DNA from: Octopus bimaculoides
Taxonomy: Eukaryota
NCBI RefSeq assembly: GCF_001194135.2
Contig: NC_069001.1
Span: forward strand, 36,002,016 to 36,066,015
Length of the DNA: 64,000 nucleotides
Reading direction: 5' to 3'
Shown here: positions 52,537 to 64,000 of the stretch, in pieces
Position numbering within the stretch: the stretch's first letter is position 1
Layout of the letters: each line of letters starts with the position of its first letter
Notes under the pieces: generated by a model
Databases searched by the model: none
Seen by the model: the letters and a program-made list of their open reading frames with translations, nothing else
Told to the model about the DNA's origin: nothing
Program-made: the position numbers and the translations under genes

Positions 52537-53062
52537 TATAAATGTATATACACATGCATACAAAAGCACCCAGTATATTCTGTAAAATGGTTGGCATTAG
52601 GAAGGGCGCCCAGCCATAGAAACCATGCCAAAGCAGACAGTACAGCTTGGTGTACTCCTCTGACCCATTGAATCCTGTCAACTCTTCAAACCCATGCCAG
52701 CATGTAAACTGGACGTTAAACAACAAAGACAATGATATGATGATGTATATATGTGTATATATCTATGTGTGTGTGTGTGTGTGATATAAATGATCAATAA
52801 CAGATGGATGAAGAAGAGCAAAAAGAAACAACTACAAATAATTAATTAATATTTTTTTTGTAACGACACTAACTAACGAGCAGTTCGAAAGCACTAAAGA
52901 AAAATCTTAGAACCGTTCCAGTTAAGTACATCGTGGAAATAAACATCCGCAAGGTACCGGAGCGATTATGGTAAATGATAATAATAGATTAAAAGACAAA
53001 AAAAAGAAAAAGTACGTAAATAACAAAAATAAGAAGATGGTTTCCTTTCTTCTCTTCATCAG

Positions 53063-53110
53063 ATACAACGAAGGATATACTTTTCATATAAATGACATTC
53101 ATAAGCGAAT
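53063..53110 (+). CDS. Candidate 48-nt coding exon (x)YNEGYTFHINDIHKR(I), phase 2 to 2
   Basis: Very strong acceptor tttcctttcttctcttcatcag, donor AT|gtgaga, only one frame open. Confidence 0.5.
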
Positions 53111-53502
53111 GTGAGATTATGTGTGTGTGTGTGTGGTGGTGGTGGGGGGGGGGGNNNNNNNNNNNNNNNNNNNNNNNNNNNNNNNNNNNNNNNNNNNNNN
53201 NNNNNNNNNNNNNNNNNNNNNNNNNNNNNNNNNNNNNNNNNNNNNNNNNNNNNNNNNNNNNNNNNNNNNNNNNNNNNNNNNNNNNNNNNNNNNNNNNNNN
53301 NNNNNNNNNNNNNNNNNNNNNNNNNNNNNNNNNNNNNNNNNNNNNNNNNNNNNNNNNNNNNNNNNNNNNNNNNNNNNNNNNNNNNNNNNNNNNNNNNNNN
53401 NNNNNNNNNNNNNNNNNNNNNNNNNNNNNNNNNNNNNNNNNNNNNNNNNNNNNNNNNNNNNNNNNNNNNNNNNNNNNNNNNNNNNNNNNNNNNNNNNNNN
53501 NN

Positions 53503-53564
<62 letters not shown>

Positions 53565-53741
53565 TACATATTATATATATATGTATATATAGGATATATC
53601 TTCTATATATAATATATATACATACTTAAGAACACACAATCATGTATATATACATATGCACATTTACATACACGTATATATGCCCACTTACATGTGTATA
53701 TGCATATATATTTACACACACAGATATGTATATAAGTATAA

Positions 53742-53774
<33 letters not shown>

Positions 53775-53797
53775 CATGTATATATGTGTGTCTGTGA

Positions 53798-53847
<50 letters not shown>

Positions 53848-53863
53848 ATATGTGTGTCTGTGA

Positions 53864-53899
<36 letters not shown>

Positions 53900-54485
53900 A
53901 TTCATACAAACACAAACACACACATATATATATGGTAAAACCAGTTAAATGTTCTTAAAAAATAATAATTAAAAAAAAAATCACAATAGATAATTTACCG
54001 ATGTTGATTATATGGAAACGGTTATTATGTGAATAATCGTTATCAAGTGATGCAGTGTGGAAAGCAGCAACTGATAGAAGCTCCAAGATTCCAAAACACA
54101 ATACCAAATTCTATGTGATTCATCTAAATTCAAAATATTGATATTTTCCAAAGCTTTGATATTACACCAAATGGTATTATGGGTTTTATCTGGGTTATTT
54201 TTCTGAAATTGCACTTGGATAATGCATGCATCTGCGTTTATGTGTGTGTGTGTGTGTGTGTGTTGGTATGTATGTATTTGTGGGACTGTGAGTTTCGGTA
54301 TGTAAGTGTATGAATATGTATGCGTCTGAATATATAATGTATATATAGATACGTATGTAAGTGTCCATAAATGTCTATGCATACATGTGTGTGTATGTGT
54401 GTGTGTGTGTGCGTGTCTATGCATATATATATATATATATATATATACATACATATACATACATACATATACATAGATATATGTA

Positions 54486-54544
<59 letters not shown>

Positions 54545-55143
54545 GGGGGGGGCGAGATGAGATGTACATATATGTGTGTGTGCGTATATGTACATGTATA
54601 TATACATATACACGCATATATATATATATAGAGAGAGAGAGATATAGATATGTATGTATATATATATATGCATATATACATACGTATGTGTATATTTTGT
54701 ACATTCATTTGTTATTCATAAAAGAAACCCCAACAATCATTATCCGTTCCCCTGTTGGGATCAGTCTAACGATTTCCATCGATCCTGTCAGTCAAGTGCA
54801 CTTAATCCGAACGATATCACCCACTCCAGCCTCCGCTCTTTCTCCGCTTCTTCGAAACCCTTGCAAAACCCGCAACCCCCAACCCAACAGTCGACTGCAC
54901 TCAACCCTCACTACATAACCCCACACCACCGCTGGCCCCTTTAAACACCACCATCACCACCACCACCGGCAAAAGAAATAAAGCCAGTTCTTCCCTACTC
55001 CCGCCGTCTACCAATGCCATTACAACTCCCACCCCTTTGCAGAACCAATTCTATTAAACAACTTAAAAGAGCCGACATCAAAAAACGTGTCACAGTCAGA
55101 TTACTAGTACATACAGGATTGTCTGATGACTAACAACTACAAC

Positions 55144-55179
<36 letters not shown>

Positions 55180-55252
55180 GTAGTCTTATTTTTCTTCTCT
55201 CTCGTGCCGTTGAGCCGACTGGACTGGCCGACTGGCCGACACAAGGACTTAC

Positions 55253-55446
55253 CATAACTTTCATTGATATTTAGCACGGATGGTTTAATTTTTTTTTCCC
55301 CTTTTCCTTTCTGTTTTTAGATTTTTTTTTTTTATTGTCATTGTTTTTTTGTGTATACGTGTCATGTTGAATTTTTTTTTATTTATTAATTCTTGGCTTT
55401 TTAATTTCTATTGTTGCGTTTTACGTGGGTTGTTGGTTTTCAGTTT
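55253..55446 (-). other. Candidate A-rich 5'UTR-type exon ending ...ATGAAAGTTATG|gtaagt
   Basis: Acceptor ataattgttatttcag and consensus donor G|gtaagt on the - strand; next to a CpG-retaining stretch. Confidence 0.25.
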
Positions 55447-55664
55447 CTGAAATAACAATTATGATAAATAAATCATAATAAATTATATTTTAGCATTTTA
55501 GTTTTATTTAGTAGTATTATCATCATCATCATCATCAGATATTATTATTATTTCATTTATGCACGACTGATTAAACTGTTAGACTAAGAAGATTCCTTAG
55601 ATGCACCTGAAACCTTCCAAAGTATCCTAGCTGTCCCTAATTAGACTGTTATTGTTATCATTCA

Positions 55665-56110
55665 AGCTGGCAGAATCATTAGCACATCAGGCAAAATGCT
55701 TAGTGGCACTTCGTCCGTCTTGACATTCTGAGTTCAAATTCCACCAAGGTCGACTTTGCCTTTCATCCTTCCGGGGTCAATAAATTCAGTACCGGTTGAA
55801 CACTGGGGTCAATACAATCAACTAGTCCCCTCCCCCGAAATTCCATGCCTTTTGCCTATAGTAAAAAGGATTATTATTCTTCTTCTTATTATTATAATAA
55901 GACAGCAAACTGGCAGAATGGTTAGCACGCCAGACGAAATGCTCAGCGGTATTTTCATGTCTTCACATTCTGAGTTCAAATTCTGCCGAGGTCAGCTTTG
56001 CTTTTCATCCTTTCAGGGTTGATACATTAAGTACCAGTTGCATACTGGGGTTGATGTAACTGACTTACACCCTCCCCAAAATTTCAGGCCTTGCGCCTAT
56101 AATAGAAAGA

Positions 56111-56148
<38 letters not shown>

Positions 56149-56150
56149 GT
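55665..56150 (+). mobile_element. SINE family B dimer
   Basis: Two full family-B motifs with (ATT)n tails; another pair at about 62229-62600. Confidence 0.85.
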
Positions 56151-58984
56151 TTCATCTTCCCTTGGTGCATATATAAACAAAATACTAACACCATTATCAT
56201 CATTATACATTATTTTAATATATTCCACTCCTCAGTTGTTGCATTGATAAAGAAATTGTTGTTGTTGTTGTTGTTTACCAATGGNNNNNNNNNNACACCA
56301 CCCACTCCACCTCATCGCAGTACCATCTTGATAGTGCCCAGCCTTGGCTTTTACCATCGTCCCTACCACTTCCACCACCACCACTACCACTGCCGCCACC
56401 ACCATCGCCACCATCACTGGCGCCAGTGTTGCTAGAAGCATCAAAAACAAAAAAAAAAAGAAATCACCACACCTAACAGCTACTACTACTCCCACCACCA
56501 CCACCACGTCTTCCGGTTCTATGACCACCACTACTATTGGCAGTAACAAAGAACGTACAGAAGCATTGTTGCCATCATCACCATCGTTATCATTACCCTT
56601 CTCATCATCATCATCATCGTTGTCATTGTCATAATCCCCACACATCATCATCATAATCATCATCATCACCACTTCGACCATCATCATCATCATCATCATC
56701 ATCATCGTCATCATCACTAGCACCAGCACCATGACTAACATCATCCTAATTGTTATTATGCCCCCCCCCCCCCGTCATTATCTTTGATTTAATACGGTTT
56801 TAATAACAATCTCTTCACCAAACCACCAATAATCGAAAGCCATTTTCATACCACTTTTACCTAAACCGTTCGTATTAAAATGTCGTTTATAATTAAATTC
56901 AAATAANNNNNNNNNNNNNNNNNNNNNNNNNNNNNNNNNNNNNNNNNNNNNNNNNNNNNNNNNNNNNNNNNNNNNNNNNNNNNNNNNNNNNNNNNNNNNN
57001 NNNNNNNNNNNNNNNNNNNNNNNNNNNNNNNNNNNNNNNNNNNNNNNNNNNNNNNNNNNNNNNNNNNNNNNNNNNNNNNNNNNNNNNNNNNNNNNNNNNN
57101 NNNNNNNNNNNNNNNNNNNNNNNNNNNNNNNNNNNNNNNNNNNNNNNNNNNNNNNNNNNNNNNNNNNNNNNNNNNNNNNNNNNNNNNNNNNNNNNNNNNN
57201 NNNNNNNNNNNNNNNNNNNNNNNNNNNNNNNNNNNNNNNNNNNNNNNNNNNNNNNNNNNNNNNNNNNNNNNNNNNNNNNNNNNNNNNNNNNNNNNNNNNN
57301 NNGTGCTGAAATTTGAAGCCAATATTTGAATTCAAATCTCGTGTCAAAATCTCATGATAACATGAATGAAAACGAGATTTCAGTTGGTCAGAAACATACC
57401 ACAGGCTGAACCTGGAAACATGTGATTGCTTCCCAACCTCGTGGTTCTGGGTTCAGTCCCACTGACTGGCAGCTTGGGCAAGTGTCTTCTACTATAGTCT
57501 CAGGCCAACCAAAGCATTGTGAGGGAATTTGGTGGATGGAAACAGAAAGAAGCCCATCTTGTGTGTACTACTTGTATGTATGTGTGTATATGTGCACTAT
57601 CTTCGTGTGTGTGTGTTTGTTTGTCCCCCTCTCACCACTTGACAAAGGTGTTGATGTGCTTATGTCCCTGTGACCTAGCAGTTTGGCAAAAGACACTGAT
57701 AAAATAAGTGCCATGTCTAAAAACGATAAGTACTGGCATCGATTCATTCTTCAAGCTGGTGCCCCAGCATGGCCACAATCTAATAACTAAAACAAACGAA
57801 AGATGAAAGATAAAAGATATATATATGTGTGTGTATGCATATATATGTGTGTGTGTATATGTGTGCGTGTGTATGTACGTGTGTGTGTGTGTTGTTAGAG
57901 ATATGTTTTATTAACTAATCCTCTCCAAAATATTGATTATATTGAACAAAAACGAAAATTAATTGAACCGCACAGGCAGTCTGGTTATGAGAAATGGAGT
58001 CACGAAAGTGTTAAAACCATTCTCCGCCCCCCCCCCTCTTCTGGAAATGGCAACATCCCAAACACAATGGTCTTGCAGAGAATAGCAGCAGCTCAGAATG
58101 GAACAGCTCTCTCTTTCTCTCTTTTGTGTCTGTGAGTGTATTTACATGTGTGTATGTGTGTGTGTGTTATTAATCATTATTAGTTTATATTACTAACTTA
58201 ATATATTATGTACAAAGAACTTTCTCCTCCTCCTCCTCCTCCTCCTCNNNNNNNNNNNNNNNNNNNNNNNNNNNNNNNNNNNNNNCCTCCTCTTTCTCCT
58301 CCACCTCCTCCTCCTCTTTCTCCTCCTCCTCTTCCTCCTCCTCCTTTTCCTCCTCCTCCTTATCCTCCTCTCTTTGCAAACCTTGTGGCCCTTCTCTCTA
58401 GTCTCTCACTATTATATGCCCCTCTTCTCCACTTCCCTGATTGAAGTTTCTGCCCTTCCCCTCGTCCTTTCATCTGATGGTGGGTCTGTCCTATATTTAT
58501 TTAACCCAAGAAAACTGTTTAGCTTTACATCATCATCATCGTCATCCTCATCCTCATTTAACATCCACCCTCCATGCTGGCATGGTTTGGATGATTTGAC
58601 AGGGGCTGGCAACACAAAAAACACCAACAGGCTTTGGCCAAGTTTCTAAGGCTGGATGTGTCCTTCCTAATGCCAACCGCTTTATAGGGTGTAATGGGTG
58701 CTTTTTACATGGCACCAGCACCAGTGGGGTAACCAAGAAATTTGCAAGACCAAGATCCTTCAACTGAATAGGGAGTAGTACTAAGGGCAGTAGCCTTGTG
58801 CCAAAAGGTGGAATATAAATAGAAGGGCAGAGACAGATACCTTGCAATAGAGGAGATATGTGGCTTGGAGAGAGAGGGAGAGATAAGATGGTAAAAATGT
58901 GACAGGGTGTATGTGACCCAAGTTAAAAGGAAATGTATAGAGTGATGTGGACCAGGGTTTGGATATATATATATATATATATAG

Positions 58985-59262
58985 AAGGCATGAGGCTTAG
59001 TGGTTAGGGCATTCAGCCCACGATGATAAAGTCGTGAGTTCAATTCCCGGTAACACATTGTGTCCTTGAGCAAGACACTTTATTTCACGTTGCTTCAGTC
59101 CACTCAGCTGGGGAAAATGAGTGAGGCCAGCCTTGTCATACTCTGTGTCATGCTGAATCTCCCTGAAAAAAATATTAAGTGTACACGTGTCTGTGGAGTG
59201 CTAAGCCACTTGCACGATTATTTCATGAGCAAGCTGGGACCCTCGTCATCGTAATCGACGGA
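58985..59262 (+). mobile_element. SINE family D variant, full length
   Basis: tRNA-like head plus body ...tgtgtcatgctgaatctccctg...gtggagtgctaagccacttgcac; the same body is reversed at about 22925-23088. Confidence 0.8.
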
Positions 59263-59930
59263 TTGCCCCTTTAGAATATATATATGATTGCTCAAAACAT
59301 TAAACCACCATTCTTTCCTTTCCTGAGCGTCTTCTAATACTTTACATGTACCACGTCATCGCATTGTTGTTTTTTTTTTGTTTGTTCTTCGTTTTTTTGG
59401 ATTTAATATACATACATATATATATATATATACCATCATCATCATTATCGTTTAACATCTCTTTTTCCTTATTACCACTTCGTACTCGGTTAACCCTTCA
59501 TTCAAAAGCATACGTATATTGAGTTTTCACCAGGTTATTAGTCTTGCAATGCCTAAGCAAGACACATATGCATAGTGTGAAATGAAGTGTTTTGTTCATA
59601 AACACAACATGAGGCCTGGTCTAGGAATCAAACCCACAGTCTAGAGATTGTTCGTGCAACACCCTAACCACTAGGCCACGTGCCTTCACATCTTCACCCA
59701 CAGACGCACACATACCTGTCATAAACAGCACAGCAGTGATGTTATTGATGGCGGTGATGTTGGTGGTGGTGGTGGTGGTGGTGTCAGAAGTGGGCGGTGG
59801 GAGAGGGTGGGAGTAGCAGATAATTAGATAAATATGACCCAAGTAAAAGTATGTCTTTGATTAGGTTAAGTGGTTGCTTTTGTTTTGGAAAATCTAGAAC
59901 TCTCAGAAATTAGCACCATTTTGCCTGCAG

Positions 59931-60007
59931 CCTGTTCATTCAAGCGACGCTAGTTAATCCGATTGCACACTTTCTTAAACACCTATGGAGATTAGACAGA
60001 TGCTTGG
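59931..60007 (+). CDS. Candidate 77-nt coding exon LFIQATLVNPIAHFLKHLWRLDRCL, phase 2 to 1
   Basis: Acceptor ccattttgcctgcag, donor G|gtaggt; the only open frame is phase 2, matching the 53063-53110 exon (AT|C = Ile). Confidence 0.5.
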
Positions 60008-60543
60008 GTAGGTGGGTGTGTGTGTGTGTGGGTGTGTGCCATTTTGTTGGCTGGCTGGCTGGNNNNNNNNNNNNNNNNNNNNNNNNNNNNNNNNNNNNNN
60101 NNNNNNNNNNNNNNNNNNNNNNNNNNNNNNNNNNNNNNNNNNNNNNNNNNNNNNNNNNNNNNNNNNNNNNNNNNNNNNNNNNNNNNNNNNNNNNNNNNNN
60201 NNNNNNNNNNNNNNNNNNNNNNNNNNNNNNNNNNNNNNNNNNNNNNNNNNNNNNNNNNNNNNNNNNNNNNNNNNNNNNNNNNNNNNNNNNNNNNNNNNNN
60301 NNNNNNNNNNNNNNNNNNNNNNNNNNNNNNNNNNNNNNNNNNNNNNNNNNNNNNNNNNNNNNNNNNNNNNNNNNNNNNNNNNNNNNNNNNNNNNNNNNNN
60401 NNNNNNNNNNNNNNNNNNNNNNNNNNNNNNNNNNNNNNNNNNNNNNNNNNNNNNNNNNNNNNNNNNNNNNNNNNNNNNNNNNNNNNNNNNNNNNNNNNNN
60501 NNNNNNNTCCCTCCCTCTATCTCTCTCTTTCTCTCTCTCTCTT

Positions 60544-60584
<41 letters not shown>

Positions 60585-61644
60585 CTATTTTCTAATTCTC
60601 ATCAAATATTGAAAGGTTTTCTCTTCCCATTTCGTCTTCAGTGAACTCAGCCTGTTGCTTCCTGCTCCTGCTCCTCCTCCTCTCCACTTCCTCACCCTCC
60701 TCAACCTTTCTCCTCTCCACCTCCCTCCTCACCCTCCATCTTCTCCTCCTCCACCACCTCCTCACCTCCTCCCACACCCCTTTAATATTGTGAAAGAAAC
60801 TCCTCTCTTCCTTCCTGCTCATCTGAAGCCTTCCGTGTTTATAAATCCATATTTAGGGGCCAGCAAGGGATGGCCAGCAAGGGATGAGCAATGGATGAGC
60901 ACTGGTGCACCTGGTAGGCTCTACGCATGATGATGTCCCTGGACCACGGACCTGGGATGATGATGAAGGTCACGGCAGTGGTGATGATGATGATGATGAT
61001 GATGATATTGGTAACTGTGGCAGTGGTGGCGGTGACGTTGAAGGTGATGGTAGAGGTAGTAGTATCAAGGTGGCAGTAGTGGTGGTGGTGGTGGTGGTAG
61101 TAGTAGTGGTGGTGGTGGTGGCAGTAATAGTGATGGTGGCAGCTGTGNNNNNNNNNNNNNNNNNNNNNNNNNNNNNNNNNNNNNNNNNNNNNNNNNNNNN
61201 NNNNNNNNNNNNNNNNNNNNNNNNNNNNNNNNNNNNNNNNNNNNNNNNNNNNNNNNNNNNNNNNNNNNNNNNNNNNNNNNNNNNNNNNNNNNNNNNNNNN
61301 NNNNNNNNNNNNNNNNNNNNNNNNNNNNNNNNNNNNNNNNNNNNNNNNNNNNNNNNNNNNNNNNNNNNNNNNNNNNNNNNNNNNNNNNNNNNNNNNNNNN
61401 NNNNNNNNNNNNNNNNNNNNNNNNNNNNNNNNNNNNNNNNNNNNNNNNNNNNNNNNNNNNNNNNNNNNNNNNNNNNNNNNNNNNNNNNNNNNNNNNNNNN
61501 NNNNNNNNNNNNNNNNNNNNNNNNNNNNNNNNNNNNNNNNNNNNNNNNNNNNNNNNNNNNNNNNNNNNNNNNNNNNNNNNNNNNNNNNNNNNNTCTAAAG
61601 AAAAAAAAGAACAAGATGCTGTAACTTTTTAACCAAACTTCTAA

Positions 61645-61842
61645 TGGCTGGCTGGTCGGTTGGTTGGTTGGCTAGCTGGCTAGCTGGCTGGCTGGTTGGC
61701 TGGTTGGCTGGCTGGATGAATGGTTGGTTGGTCGGTTGGCCAGTTGGTTGGCTGGGTGGCTGGCTGACTGGCTGGCTTGCTGGATGGCTGGCTGGCTGGC
61801 GGGCTGGTTGGCTGGCTGGCTGGTTGGTTGGCTGGTTGGCTT
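61645..61842. repeat. (GGCT/GGTT)n tetranucleotide microsatellite
   Basis: Directly visible. Confidence 0.95.
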
Positions 61843-62181
61843 CTAATAACAAGAATTCACAAATTTAGATCCAACATAGATATATGTTCATTGCATCAGT
61901 GAAAACAGTTTAGCTATTTAGTACTACTACTACTACTACTAGTATTATTATTACTGAGTGAGAGAGCAGTGTGTGCCATCAAAATGACACTGGGGTACAA
62001 ATATACGAAGCCCAATATACCCATCATGACCACCCGTCTGATAAGGGTACGCCAGGCACATGCATTACAACCATATGTGCGCGACATATTTCTCAAACCT
62101 CGCTGGTAATGCTTCATGTACCCCTGCAATTACTGGGATAACCCTTACTTTCCTCGCTGCCCACATTCTTGCAATTTTATC

Positions 62182-62223
<42 letters not shown>

Positions 62224-62699
62224 CTAAGGTGGTGGGCTGGCAGAAACATTAGCATGCTGGGAAAAATATTCACTGGCATTACATCCGTCTTTACGATCCG
62301 AGTTCAAATTTTGCCGAGGTCAACTTTACCTCTCATCCTTGAGGGGGTCGATAGAATAAGTACCATTTGAGCACTGAGATGGGGTGGGGGTCAATGTAAC
62401 CGACTTATCCCCATCCCTGAAATTGCTGGCCTTGTGCCAAAATTTGAAACCAGTCTTATCAAGGTGGCAAACTATCTGAACCGTCAGAGAATTGGAAAAA
62501 AATGTCTTGCAGTATCACTTCTGACATTTTCCATTTTCAATTGAAATCCTACAAAGATCAGTTTTTGTCATTCCATCCTTGAAGGGTCAATGAAATAGGG
62601 TTCCAATCAAGGAAAGGGTGGCAGGGAGGTTATCTTATCAGGTTACCCTTTCCCTTCTAAATTGCTGGCCTTGGGCCTGAATTGGAAGCAATTACCAAT

Positions 62700-62833
62700 A
62701 ACAATGATGATGATGATGATGATGATAGCGATAACTATGGTGGTGATGGTGGTGGTGGTGACAATAATGGTGGTGAAGATGATGATGACAATGACGGAGA
62801 TGATGATTATGATGATGATAACAATGGTAGTGG

Positions 62834-62864
<31 letters not shown>

Positions 62865-63850
62865 AATGGTGGTGGTAGTGATGACAATGATAATGGTGGT
62901 GGCAGTTGTAGTGGTGATGATGATCATAGTGGTGATGATGATGATGATAACAATGGTGGTGGTGATGATGATGATGATGATGATGATGATGACGATGACC
63001 ACAATAATGAAGGCATTGGTGATAATGTCCCAATGAAGCATCATTTTGTTTGTTTGTTTTTTTTTTCCGCCAATGTTGAAACCTATTCCAGCCGGAAATG
63101 CAAATCGTCCCCACAGGGGCCACCCGCTCGGTCCCCCCCCCCCCAGAGGTTTCAGATCTCAAGTTGATTCCAGCTGAAGACATTCTAAGTCCCTAAGTCT
63201 TCAGGCATTGAACCTTCTTCTATCACTCTGACAACAGGAACAGCAACAGCAACAAATAGATGGATAGCTTTCTCAATTGCAATAATCAAGATGATGTTGT
63301 TGATAACGATAATAATGGGTGGTGATGACAGTAATGATGACAAACCTAATAACAATGTCGCAAAAACTTTGATGATGCGGTGATGATGGAATGATAACAG
63401 ATGATGGTTAATGGTGGTGGTGGTGGGGGTAGAGGTGGGGGTGACGACGACAACACCACTGGTGATGATGAGGATGATGATGATGATGAAGATGATGATG
63501 ATGATGATGATGATGAAGATGATGAGGATGAGGATGAGGATGATGAGGATGATGATGAGAATGATGACGATGATGATGACGATGGCGATAATGAGGATGC
63601 AGATAGGAAGGAGCAGGAGGAAGAAGAGGAGGGTAGCTGTAGCTATGGCAGAGAGGAGGGGACGAGGAGGAGGATGTTAGTGAGGCATATCAAGATGTTA
63701 ACAATCAATGATCACATCAGACTACAACTGTCTATACCAATCACCATTATCAATTTCAACCATCTTGCTAACAAACAGCACCATCACCATCACCATCATC
63801 ATCATCATCATCGTCATCATCACCGTCATCATATTATTATTATCATTGCT
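62700..63850. repeat. Compound trinucleotide arrays (GAT/GGT/GAG, then CAT)
   Basis: Directly visible; similar arrays at about 20280-20440, 35780-36480, 42690-43790, 45425-45605 and 56340-56750. Confidence 0.9.
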
Positions 63851-64000
63851 TTTATCAATATTACTATAGTAAAAAAAAACGGTAGCAAGCTGGCAGAATC
63901 TATACCACAGCATTTCATCCATCTGTTTGTTCCTGAGTTCAAATCCCGTTGAGGTCGACTTTGCTTTTCATCCTTTCAGGGTCGATGAAACAAGTACCAG

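Noticed and set aside
52887-52970. Open segment SKALKKNLRTVPVKYIVEINIRKVPERL with a downstream donor
   Set aside because: Splicing to the 53063 exon creates TGA at the junction and the acceptor lacks a pyrimidine tract.
588-63952. The great majority of ORF-track entries (YIYI, VCVC, THTH, poly-D/M/L/I/N/H and X-filled ORFs)
   Set aside because: They are translations of microsatellites or run through N gaps.
62682-63952. Asp/Glu/Gly/His-rich ORFs resembling acidic or His-rich proteins
   Set aside because: They are pure trinucleotide arrays open in several frames and on both strands, typical of this window's non-coding SSRs.

Overview
Eukaryotic, AT-rich, extremely repeat-dense genomic DNA from a draft assembly with 20 N-gaps. 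The interspersed repeat families point to a coleoid cephalopod, most likely Octopus; this rests on recalled family motifs, not a database search. Most of the window is microsatellite ((CA)n, (TA)n, (ATT)n, (CAT)n, (GA)n) plus many copies of three tRNA-derived SINE-like families (called B, C and D here) and RTE-clade LINE 3' ends. There are also decayed Dong/R4-like and L1/Tx1-like LINE fragments, several DNA-transposon MITEs and degenerate minisatellites. Nearly all ORFs in the supplied track are microsatellite or gap artefacts. Reading splice signals by eye gives a partly phase-compatible chain of short + strand exons (17896-17948, 18717-18746, 27265-27336, 46104-46181, then 53063-53110 and 59931-60007). 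The window is therefore probably intronic to one large gene that I cannot name. There are weaker - strand exon candidates. The most notable structures are (1) an inverted pair of Penelope-like termini carrying a minimal hammerhead-ribozyme-like motif at about 26.5 kb, (2) a spacer-less 166-bp palindrome at 19.7 kb, and (3) near-identical, apparently young RTE copies. I see no rRNA, true tRNA gene, CRISPR array or prokaryotic feature, and no clearly new multi-gene system.
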